A stretch of 64,000 bases of DNA from Octopus vulgaris (taxonomy: Eukaryota), in contig OX597831.1 of NCBI GenBank assembly GCA_951406725.2, positions 33,542,001 through 33,606,000 of the forward strand. The letters are read 5' to 3'. Every line of letters begins with the position of its first letter. The first letter of the stretch is position 1. The notes below the pieces were generated by a model. The model had not been told where the DNA came from. It did not search any database and worked only from the letters and a program-made list of their open reading frames with translations. This document shows positions 53,465 through 64,000 of this stretch, piece after piece. Position numbers and translations under genes: made by a program.

Positions 53465-53910
53465 TTCGGGGCTTCCAATTTCTCTGTAAAATATAAGATA
53501 GTCGCATAATCATTGCACATGTCATCATCGATTACAAACGCCGGTGGAAGATAAATGTTCCAGAAGACATTCTTGTTCCTTCGTTCGTACACGGATCGTA
53601 TTATGTTTCGGTTTAAAATAAATTATAGATACAAATATAATGTATAGAAATATATAAAAACCAGAATAGAAAATAAACGTATATAAAATGAGATAACATG
53701 AGATATCAAGGTGTTATAAACTTGAAACCTACTAGAATATCATAAATTATATATATCAAGTCATCCAATCAGTTCTGTCCAATTTTACCTTTTTTTTTTT
53801 TAGATTTGAATGAAATTTAATAATATTTTCAAATGTCTAATTCAATTAAAAATTATTTTTATGCATTTGAGTACGTTTAAACTAATTCAATATTGTTTTA
53901 CAAAATAATA

Positions 53911-55166
53911 GAGGGTGTCTTTTAAAACAAAACAATTTTATTTAATTATAATGTTAATAAGTAATATTTTCAAAGTGATTGTCATAATTTTCAATGCATA
54001 ACTTGATGCGCCTTGTAAAATTCAGGTGAACCTGATTAAATAAGTCTACATTGCCATCAATTTCAGCACATTGACCGCTAATGCGTTCTCTCATGTGTTT
54101 TAAATCTGTAATCTTTATTGTAATCTTTCTCTTTCAACATACCCCAGAAAAAGAAATCAAGGGGAGAAAGGTCTGGTGAACGAGGGGACCTTTCCATATG
54201 ACCCCTTCTTCCAGTCCAGTGAGGAAAAGTGTCATTAAGCCAATCTCTAACAGTTGTGGCAAAATAGGTAGGGGCCCCATCCTGCTGAAACCAATTCGGA
54301 AGGCCCTCGCCCAGGCGCTCAATTTGAGATATTAATTTGTCTCTCACTATGTTTACATAAGTTTCATCCGTTACATGTTCAATGAAGAAGGGTCCTAGAA
54401 CATGAGCTTTCCACAAACCACACCATCACCTTTTTGCTTCCTTGCTGTTTGGATGGATCCATCCAATGTGGATTACCTCGAGACCAGTATAGAAGATTCT
54501 GTCTGTTGACCTCACCATTTACATAAAACGTAGCTTTGTCACTGAACAACAAAGCTTTTCGTAAAATTGATATTTTCATCCAATTTATCTGCAAACTATT
54601 CGCACGTCTACATTCGTCTATCAGGGTCGTCTTAATTTCAGTGATGCAATATTTGTAGGTTGTATCGACGAAACTTTTCCTCAACCAGCATTTTGTGGAT
54701 GGTTGGTTTTGGAACACCTAACACCGTGGATGTCCGACGAAGTGATTTCTTTGGGCTAGCAGAAACTTTAGTCATGACAGCCGCTTTCGTTTCATCTGAA
54801 GTCTTTGGTCGCCCGGAACGGGGTTTATCCAAAACACTGCCGGTTTCTTTAAATTTCTTGATCGATTTCCCGACGGCAGTTAAAAAAAAATAGGTTGCCT
54901 ATAAGGGTGTCGAAGATTAAATTCTTCCGCAATTTTGCAATAAGACCATCCCTCTCGTCCACATAATAATACTAACTCGATTCTTTCTTCTTTAGACAGA
55001 GCCATCATTCGATCATCTGTAGAAAAAATAACAAATAAATTTAGAAAAGTAAAGTATTTTTTTTATTTAATTTAAACAAAAGTAAAAAAGGAAAATTATT
55101 ATTGCTAATATTTATTTGTTTATGTTATGATTTTATTCCATGTACCCAGACTTCGTGGACACCCTA
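53911..55166 (-). mobile_element. Tc1/mariner-superfamily transposon fossil (rosa/DD41D-like, D-40-D spacing)
   Basis: DKPRSGRPK..SPKKSLRR, FSDKATFYVNGEVNRQNLLYWS, FQQDGAP-(40 aa)-SPDLSPLDFFFWG; TIR-like agggtgtc at both ends. Confidence 0.85.
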
Positions 55167-55289
55167 AAATTGCTTTGATTAAAACCCTTTCAACATGGAA
55201 GTATCCAAGGAGCATTTAAGGCACATATAATTCTTTATAAGTACAATAAAGGTAACTCTGCAGCCGAAGTGACTCGAAACATACACTCA

Positions 55290-57673
55290 GTTTATGGAAA
55301 AGTGCTTGAATGAAAGAACTTGCAGGAGACCGTTTGCAAAATTGAAGATGAATATCGAGCAGGATGTCCAGTTATATCAGAGAAGCTTTGTATACCACAT
55401 CAATAGATACTTTCGGCATGAGAGAAAGGCAAAACCCAGATTTTGTTCAGTGCTGGGCTCTCAGAGCTGGAAAAAGTTATCGAAACAAAGCGTGCAGCTC
55501 TGATGTAATACAAGAGTGATTCTTCTATAAAGTCACTCGAAGAATTCAGAAAGGCAAGAAATAAAACCCAACTGACTGCCAGACGCTGTGCAAGTAGGCA
55601 TTGGCAGGAAATCTTACAGAGTATCAAGTCAGCTGCTGACAGTGGCGAAACCCGTGGGATGCATGCCGGTTTGAAGAAGGCCGTCGGTCCATCCGCAACC
55701 AAGTCAGCCCCTCTGAAATCAACTACTGGGGATCTCATCAAGGACCAAAGCATGCAAATGGATAGATGGGTGCAGTACTACCAGGATCTCTACTCACGAG
55801 AGACCACGGTAGCTGAAGCTGCAATCGAGGGTGTCAAGATCTTGCCAGTCATGTGTGAACTTGACAGTCTGCCATCTATAGCAGAGCTCACCAAGGCTAT
55901 TGACTCCCTAGCAAGTAACAAGGCTCCGGCAAAAGAAGGCATCTCATTAGAGATCATCAAAACCGGCAAAAATACCATCCTGCTTCGGCACATTCATGAG
56001 CTTCTTTGTCAGTGCTGGAAAGAGGGTACAGTCCCTCAGGATATGCGGGATGCTAACATCATTACGCTTTACAAAAACAAAGGTGACCGTGGTGATTGTA
56101 ACAATTACCGTGGAATATCTCTTCTAAGCACTGTTGGAAAGGCCTCTGCTCGTATTATCCTGTCCAGGCTGCAACTGCTTGCTTCTCGAATTTATCTAGA
56201 ATCACAGTGTGGCTTTAGAAGAAGCAGATCAACTATTGGCATGATATTCTCCATACGCCAACTTCATGAGAGGTCCAGAGAGCAGAAAATGTCATTATAT
56301 ATGGCCTTAAATGATCTGACAAAGGTCTTTGACTTGGTAAGTAGAAAAGGCCTCTTTATCCTGCTCCAAAAAATCGGGTGTCCACCAAAGCTGCTGAGGA
56401 TCATCACATCTTTCCATGATGATATGCAAGGCACCAAACAGCACAATGGTTCAACATCAACCGCCTTCAAATAAAAAATGGGGTAAAGCAAGGTTGTGTC
56501 CTTGCTCCTACTTTATTTGGCATCTTCTCGCTGCTGCTGTCACATGCCTTTGTGACATCAGATGATGGAGTGCTTCTGCACAGTAGAAGCGAAGGGAAAC
56601 TGTTCAATCTTTCGCGTCTGCGTGCCAAGACCAAAATCAGAGGCGTCCTGATCAAGGAGATGCTATTTTCTGATGATGCCGCTCTGGTATCACACACAGA
56701 AGCCCTAGAAAGGCTCGTCAACTGTTTTGAGCAAGAATGTGGCAACTTTGGCTTATTTATCAGCCTCAAGAAGACCAACATCATGGGTCAGGCTACATCC
56801 ACCATCCCAAACATACATATTGGAGACCACAGAATATAGGAGGTGGATAAGTTTACCTATCTTGGCTCTACCGTCACCTACAACCTATCCCTTGAAACTG
56901 AGCTCAATATACGCATTGGCAAGGCAGCTGCTGTGATGGCCCAACTCTCCAAACGGGCATGGGACAACAATAAGCTGACCAAGACCACAAAAATGAAGAT
57001 TTACCAGGCATATGTACTTAGCACTCTACTGTATGGAAGTGAGACTTGGACACCATACACACGACATACGACGCCATACGTCGCCTAAATATCCTTTACC
57101 CGCGCTGCCTCCAGAAAATCCTTCGCATCAAATGGCAGAATCATGTTCCCCAAAAAGATGTCCTCAAGCAAGCAGGAATACCAAGCATGTTTACACTCCT
57201 CACACAAAGACGTATGAGATGGTTTCGACATGTTAGCCGTATGGAAGATGGCAGAATCCCCAAGGACATACTCAATGGAGAGCTTGCTAGGGGCACTAGG
57301 TCTATGGGAAGACCGTTCTTACGATACAAGGATGTTTCCAAAAGGGACATGAATGCCTGCAACATCAATATTACCAATTGGAGAGCAGTTGCCAGCAACC
57401 GTGGAGATTGGTGACGTAGCGTAAAAGGAGTGACATAGAGAGAGATGAGAAATGGAAAAACAAGAAAAGACGTCCACAAGAAAGTACGACATTACAACCA
57501 GCCATGCAAAGTCTACGCTACATTTGCGGCACCTGCCAGAGGGAGTGTTTGTCCAGGATAGGACTACACAGCCACAGCAGGTGATGTATTAGGACATGAA
57601 ATGTAAAAGCCGGACTAGATTATTTTATGCGCAACTCCATTGTCTCCCGAGACAAAAAGGATGCCAACAACAA
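55290..57673 (+). mobile_element. RTE-clade (BovB-like) LINE, 5'-truncated, with several stops and frameshifts
   Basis: PQDMRDANIITLYKNKGDRGDCNNYRGISLL, ESQCGFR, GVKQGCVLAPTLF, LFSDDAAL, LLYGSETW, RMEDGRIPKDIL, C-terminal C..C..H..H; 3' ccattgtctcccgagacaaaaaggatgcc(aac)n. Confidence 0.92.
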
Positions 57674-58789
57674 TATATATGGATTTCGTAGACAGGAACT
57701 GAAACAAATCAATCGTATATATATGTATATATGTAAGTGTATGTGTGTGTCTTTGTGTCTGTGTTTCGCCCTTATCACTGCTTCACAACTGCTGTTCATT
57801 TATTTACATCCACAAAACTTACTGGTTTCAGAAGAATAAATTAATAGAATAAGTACTAGGCTTATCAACATAAAAAAGCACTAGGCTGTGTCTCATATTT
57901 TTGTTTGCCCACTCAGTTGTATCTATCAATTTATCTTCGTGTGTGTGTGTGTGTGTATGTGTGTGTGTATGTGTGTGTGTGTATGTGTGTGTGTGTTTGT
58001 GTGTGTATCTATATATATATATATAACACCCTAATGGGAGCCTTAACAACCAAATTTTAGTCATTTCTTTTATGATCCAAAACTAGGTCAAAAGTACTGA
58101 ATGGATCTTTATGTAATTTGGAAATTATATTTTAAGCATAAGGGCCAGAACCCCCATGACAATTCATATATTTTTGCTGTTGATGAAATTTTAGCCATAG
58201 ATATTAGACTCAAATGAAGTAATATTTATAAAATTTCATCTTCTTACAAAGTTAGAAAGACCCCTCCATGGGGACTTAACACCCACAATTTTGTCATTTT
58301 ATCTAAGCAAAAACGAATACAGTTGTGCTCTTGGAAGTTGTAGGGTTACCCGAGCATAAAAGTTGGGCATTATTTCTAATTCAATGGTACAAAAATGTAA
58401 CAGTTTGCTTTGACATACACTTACATTGTGATTTCTGCAATGTGGTGCATAAATTGTTAAGTAAATGAGAGGCATCTTTGTCTTCACTGATTCAGTTGCA
58501 AAGTGTTGAGTAAAGTTATTTGAATGCAGACCTCCTTTCAGTCTTTTTATTATTACTCGGTCACACATAGTCCCCAGATGGTAACATTGATTACAAGGCC
58601 TTCTCAGATGAGTGACTGGTTATTCAAAGACATTTATAGATTCATTCTGTCCAGTTACGTATCACTATAGTGGTCATTTGCAAACTCCAGAGGTGACACT
58701 TTAATTTCTCCTAAGCCCTCACGTCACACAGTTGTTAATGTTGATTTCAGTTGGGTCACGCCCTTCCAATTGCTATAGATTCGTAATGC

Positions 58790-59041
58790 ATCTTACAGCT
58801 GTGCCTGTCACCTGGATGGTGAGGAATCCTACATTGGGAGTGGTAACGACTAGGGTAGGGTAACTGACTGCTTATTGTGATCATTCGTCTTTTGGTTTCC
58901 ATGTGGCACGATTACAATTTTTTTAGGGTATGTAAAGAGGGAAATAACCCTCATAGATATTCCAGTTCATTCAGAAAATATAACAGAAAAGTCTAATTCT
59001 TCAATTCAATGTAACCGGGCAATGCCGGGTATCTCTGCTAG
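58790..59041 (+). mobile_element. Helitron 3' end related to 25438-25735
   Basis: Hairpin CCGGGCAATGCCGGG followed by CTAG|T at 59038-59042; shared agggaaataac-ctc; 5' boundary uncertain. Confidence 0.6.
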
Positions 59042-59805
59042 TTATATAATGAAATAAGATATATAATATATATCTGCAGACAGCCATTAACTTGTTTAAT
59101 GGCGGTACCCCAGCATGGTGGTATCCTTTAGTGGGCAACATAAAGTAATAAAGGAGTGTATAATATCGCATGAAGATGATATTTTCAAGTGTCACCCATA
59201 TCCTTTTTTCTCTCTTTCGCATATCTCTACAGTCGCGTAATAATCTATATAAAAAAAGGAAGAAATGCAAACACTTACACAGAGTCATTTTCAACGTATT
59301 AATATCCGAGATCAAAGATATGTATCACTGAATACGATAAAAGATGAGGCTCATATCGTAGCAAGCAATCCATCTCATATCTTGGGGCTTCCCAAGATCA
59401 AACAGTAACCTTTAATATACATATATATATTTTTTTCTTTCGGCGATCTACTCTGCTGAAGCGATCGATTATTAAATTGGATCTAAAATATTAAATAAAA
59501 ACAGGATTTGAACCAAGAATAGTAAGCCAATATCCTCATCCGTTGCAGTATTATCTAGGGTTAAGGTTTGGTCGATATATCGCTAAAATAGATTGTGCTA
59601 AAAGTACAGACAGCTGAACATGCACTGACCTGACAAAGGAACCGGTGACCGCAAACTTTAACAATGCCGATATTGCAACAGCTTGGGCATCCTCTTCGTC
59701 GCCGTCGTTGTCGTCTCTCTTCATTTCCTCCTCTCCACTTCTCACCGTTCTACCTTCCCGTGTATGTATGAGTGTGTCTGTATGTGTGTGCATGCAGGTG
59801 CATGC

Positions 59806-59838
<33 letters not shown>

Positions 59839-59863
59839 TGTATGTATGTATGTATGTATGTAG

Positions 59864-59910
<47 letters not shown>

Positions 59911-59947
59911 GATATATGTATATATACCATGCACTGACATACGTATG

Positions 59948-60000
<53 letters not shown>

Positions 60001-60829
60001 GCGCATGTACAGACACCTTCTAAATCTCTAATTTGCCGACACCAGAATATTCTATTTGATTAATGAAAAAAAGAATGACATCGGAATCAAAATGCAAATG
60101 GCGGATGTTAAGTTAACTTCCTCAACCGGAAGTTGATTGATATTCTCCGTATTAACGCAGAAAGAGAATAGAATCAAAACAAAACAAAAAAAAAAGAAAG
60201 AAAATTATTTCTATTTTACTAGAGAAATACAATAAGCAGATGACATATTATCACTCAATAAAACTATTCTCATTCTATATCTGTTTCTATATTTGGATTT
60301 CGATACGAGTTAATCGCTCATGCAGCATAACGTAGCTCTTAAGATATCTAACTTAGAGACTGCTGACTGCTTATAGCAGACGTATTTCAGTTTCGACGGT
60401 TGCTGCATCTTTCAGAAAAGTACTTAATTTTACACTATTTTTCGTTTTCCACATCGACGTTGCCGAAATAAACGGCAGATTCTGAGCAGTATAAATTCCG
60501 ATAATGGTTTCATGATAAATAAATCATTAGAAATAAAATAATCGGTCATAATTTACTTTTGCAGGTATAAACTGCTTTTGTCAGTTGAGGCAGTTGATAT
60601 ATCTCTTGTCGGAATTGAATGATATTTTCTTCATAAACCTTCAAAATACAAAGAATATCTCCCATTTTTGTATCTTATGAGGATTAACTGTAGTTAAACG
60701 AAAGTCCGTTTCAAGGAAGTGGGATTTTGAATGAGCGAATCCCAAACTCTAGGCTTCGGTGACGCAGCAGAGTTAAAAGTGTTAAAGAGTATAAGCTTAA
60801 AAGATGTAGGTTCAAGATTTTGAAGAGAA

Positions 60830-61652
60830 AGAATGGAAGAGAAGGAAGGAGAGAGAAAGAGAGGCGAGAGAGAGAAGGGGGAGAGGGGGACTGGTAGAGA
60901 AAGGAATACAGAAAGATAGAGAAGGAAGAGAGAGAGAGAGAGAGCGGAGCGAGAGAGAGAAAGGGATAGAGTGAGGCAAATGAGAGAAAATGAGTGAGTG
61001 AGCGATTAAGAGAGAAAGAGAGAGAGAGAGAAAGAGTGGCCGAGAGAGAGAGAGAGGCGAGGGAGAGGGGTGCTGGTAGAGAAAGGAAGAGAGACGACAG
61101 AAAGATAGAGAGGGAAGAGAGAGAGAGAGAGAGAGAGCGGAGGGAGAGAGAGAAAGAGATGGAGTAAGGAAAGGAGAGAAAATGAGTGAGTGAGCGATTA
61201 AGAGAGAAAGAGAGAGAGAGAGGTACGAAAAGGGAGAAGGGAAACAGAAAGATAAAGAGAGAGGGGAGGGGAGAGAGATGGGATGGAGAAAGAGAAAAAG
61301 ATGGGGTGAGAATGAGAGAAAGGGAAATAGAAAAGAGAGAGAGAGAGAGAGCGAATGAGAGACAGGGAGAAAGAGAGAGAGTGAAAGTGAGCAAATGAGA
61401 GCGAGACAAAGAGAAAGATTCAGAGAAAGAGATAGAATGCGCGCACGCGAGAGAGTGAGAGGGAGAGAGAGAGAGAAAGAGAAATATAGTAAGAGAGAGA
61501 AAGGAGAGAGAGAAAAATAGTCTGAGAGATTTAGAGAGGGAAAGGGTGAGATAGAAAGAAAGAGAGGAAGAAAGAGGGAGTGAGAGAGAGGGACAGCGAG
61601 ATTGAGAGAAAGAGACTGAGAGATTGAGAGAGAGAGAGAGAGAGAAAGAGAG
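60830..61652. repeat. Purine-rich (GA)n region with about 190-bp internal duplication
   Basis: gagaaaatgagtgagtgagcgattaagagagaaag at about 60984 and 61177. Confidence 0.85.
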
Positions 61653-62275
61653 TTAATTTATATTCCAAACATTATCCCAATAAAGACAGAGTTATTTTAT
61701 TAAATTCTTCATCATTTTCGAAATCAACTGAAACAAAAGGCAGCGATGTATTGCAGCAGAAAATGGTAACAAAAGGTTATTTCTAGTAGGCCGAGAGGCC
61801 ACGTCGAAGCGTTCTCATTGGTTCATAAAATTGGTTGCCTTGGCACTGAGTGATGTCATTCTTGTAATGTCATAAATTCTACGAAAACTCCTCTGATTAT
61901 CCATCGTCGAAGTGGAACCGAATATAACCATTTTATGTTGAATCAAACCTGTGAGCGAGTTCTTACGGGGTTTATCCGTTCCTTCCTTGTTTTTTTTTTT
62001 GTTATTTTTATAATCGCTAAGTGGAGGAAGACAGAAAGCTGGCAGAATCGTTAGCACACCGGATAAAAATGCTTAGCTGCATTTCGTCCGGCTGTTTGCA
62101 TTCTGAGTTCAAATCATAACGAGATAAACTATACTTTTAATCCTTTCGGAGTCGATAAAATATTAATCAGATGAGCACTGGTGTTGGCGTAGTTGACTAG
62201 CTCCCTTCCACCAAAATTGCAGGTCTTTTGCTTAAAACACGAATGCCCTACCAAAAATACAAACTATTGCTAAGT

Positions 62276-62530
62276 GAAGGCGCGTGGCCTTATGGTTAGG
62301 GTAGTGTACGCAAAATCGCAAGATTGTGGTTTCGATTCCCGGACCGTCGTGTCCTTGATAAAACCCTTCAGTTCACGTAGTTTGTGACCGTTTGGGTGTA
62401 AATGAGTAATCCTTCTACGGACTAGCGTCCCGTCCAGGGAGAGTGTTTTGATCTCGGTCACTTTTATGCCATGGAAACGAGTAACTGGCCCTATGAGTCT
62501 TAAGACTCAAGACAGTGATTTACTAACTAC
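62276..62530 (+). mobile_element. tRNA-derived SINE (CORE/V-domain-like)
   Basis: Head gaaggcgcgtggccttatggttaggg..gtttcgattccc; ggactagcgtcccgtccaggg; ttact tail. Degenerate SINE B copies nearby at 62030-62240 and 63260-63655. Confidence 0.65.
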
Positions 62531-63674
62531 TGAGTCAGAGAGCAGCGCTGTGGACACTTTTAAGGACCACTGTGATTGGTAGGCGGAGACCTAGTCCGAA
62601 TGCTTGCAACGGAAAGAGCTCCTTTAAAGGCGCCCAAGGACCGACATTAGGTTTACTAAAGAAAATCGAGGGCGATCTTCGATGCTCATCAACTGAGTTT
62701 CTCTTCACCAAATTACTTTGGTGAAGAGAAGTGACTTTGATGGACCCGAGTCTATCCATCGGAGAAGACACTTGCTTAAATTGTCACACTGTGGGGTTGA
62801 TCACGAAACTATATTGTAGCTAGAAATAGCAATCAAATCTCACTAAAGTCAATAATACCATCTTTAAAGAGAAAGGTCATATCGGTTAATTTAGCCTTGG
62901 ATATAATTCTGCAAGAAAAAAGAAAAAAAAAAAAAAAGAAAAGAAGAGAGAAAACATAAAAGAGATAGAAATGTAATGAAAGACCGGATGATCACAGCTC
63001 GAATGGCTACTCCCTCTGACAGACTCAGGGCTAAACAACACAACAACAACAACAACATCCAAAACGAATCCAATACGAAAACAACTTTATCCAGACAGTC
63101 TCCATATAAAAGAAGAGACAATTTGGCACACGAATACATGAAATGCTAATATCATACTGTGTTCTGTGCTGTATAAAGGACGGCAAATATGAGATAAGAA
63201 AAGAGTGACTTGTTACTAGGGAAAAGTAATTGTCTTGTGGATGAGTTAGCATCGGATAAAACGACATTTATTCAATTACCGTCTTTTACTTTTCTTGGTA
63301 GTTCAAATTCTAGCAAGGTCAGTTTAACATTTCGTTCAGATGCCGATAAAAATAAAGTACAAAATAAACTATAATGGAGTCGATTAAAACCGTCTTAACC
63401 CATATCTTCAAAATTTGCGGGCCTGTTGCCTAAATTTGTGACAGAATCATTAGTATGTTTGGTAAAATGCTTAGCGGCCTTACTGCTTGTTTTCTTTTCT
63501 GTTTACGTTCTGAGTTCAAATTCCGTCAAGGTAAACTTTGCCTTTTATCCTTTCAGAGTCAATAAAATAAAGTACATATCTAGTACTATGGTTGAGGTAA
63601 TCGACTTGTGCCCCCACCCTCAAAATTTCTTCTGCCTGTTGTAGAAAGGTTTATTATTATTTAATAAAAGAAAA

Positions 63675-63958
63675 CTGTGAGGATTTCCCCGCCGCTCTCT
63701 TTTGACCAGGAGGGGCAGGCAATTTTTATTTGTCTGGTGGCTGTAGCGAAAAAGGTAGTATGGTGGACCCGTTTGAAAGGGCTAAAGCACAGATACTTTC
63801 CTCTTTGGCCAAGCCCTCATCAACTTTTTCAAGTTTCACTTGAAAAGAACGTTGAGGGTGGAGAGAAAAGTGTTGCCTTGTAGCAAGTTTGTTGAAAGGT
63901 GGGTGAATGCTGGAAGAATGGCCAGTGTGAAAGGAACAATTCTGAGCATGTACCTGTG
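63675..63958 (+). pseudogene. L1/Tx1-type LINE ORF2 C-terminal fragment
   Basis: FICLVAVAKKVVWWTRLKGL, then after a frameshift ALINFFKFHLKRTLRVERKVL..KFVERWVNAGRMASV..LSMYL*, followed by poly-A. Confidence 0.6.
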
Positions 63959-64000
63959 AAAAAAAAAAAAAAAAAAGAGAAGGGCTCTTGCTCTGTTGTT

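Noticed and set aside
60377-60418. Minus-strand CTGAAAGATG..CGTCGAAAC..GTC hammerhead-like string
   Set aside because: Core is wrong and no stem I forms
62818-62832. AGCTAGAAATAGCAA, identical to 15 nt of the SpCas9 sgRNA scaffold
   Set aside because: Flanks do not continue the scaffold. It is a short GAAA-tetraloop hairpin, and the related tagaaatagcagc motif recurs in local repeats, so this is coincidence.

Overview
This is eukaryotic, AT-rich, microsatellite-saturated DNA. The SINE families look like those of octopod cephalopods (inference from repeat sequence). Almost all of it is repeats. It contains a young 5'-truncated R4/Dong retrotransposon (RT + CCHC + restriction-like endonuclease), stacked with two further Dong 3' ends in a (TAA)n tract. 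Other autonomous-type remnants are a Penelope-like RT/GIY-YIG element, RTE, L2/CR1, L1/Tx1 and BEL/Pao pieces, two mariner and two rosa-like (DD40/41D) transposon fossils and a solo LTR. Non-autonomous repeats include Helitrons, a TTAGGG-containing MITE and dozens of tRNA-derived SINEs. The only host-gene signal is a candidate 34-nt exon at 26020-26053 (+). The most striking signal is a set of about ten minimal type-I hammerhead ribozyme motifs with palindromic stem III. They lie in small fold-back or tandem non-coding elements, mostly inside or next to (TA)n tracts. The best case is a near-identical 561-bp hammerhead-bearing unit arranged as about 1.7 direct plus 1.85 inverted copies (13975-15948), resembling a retrozyme or Penelope pseudo-LTR system. 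All calls are from reading the sequence by eye; no searches or folding were run.
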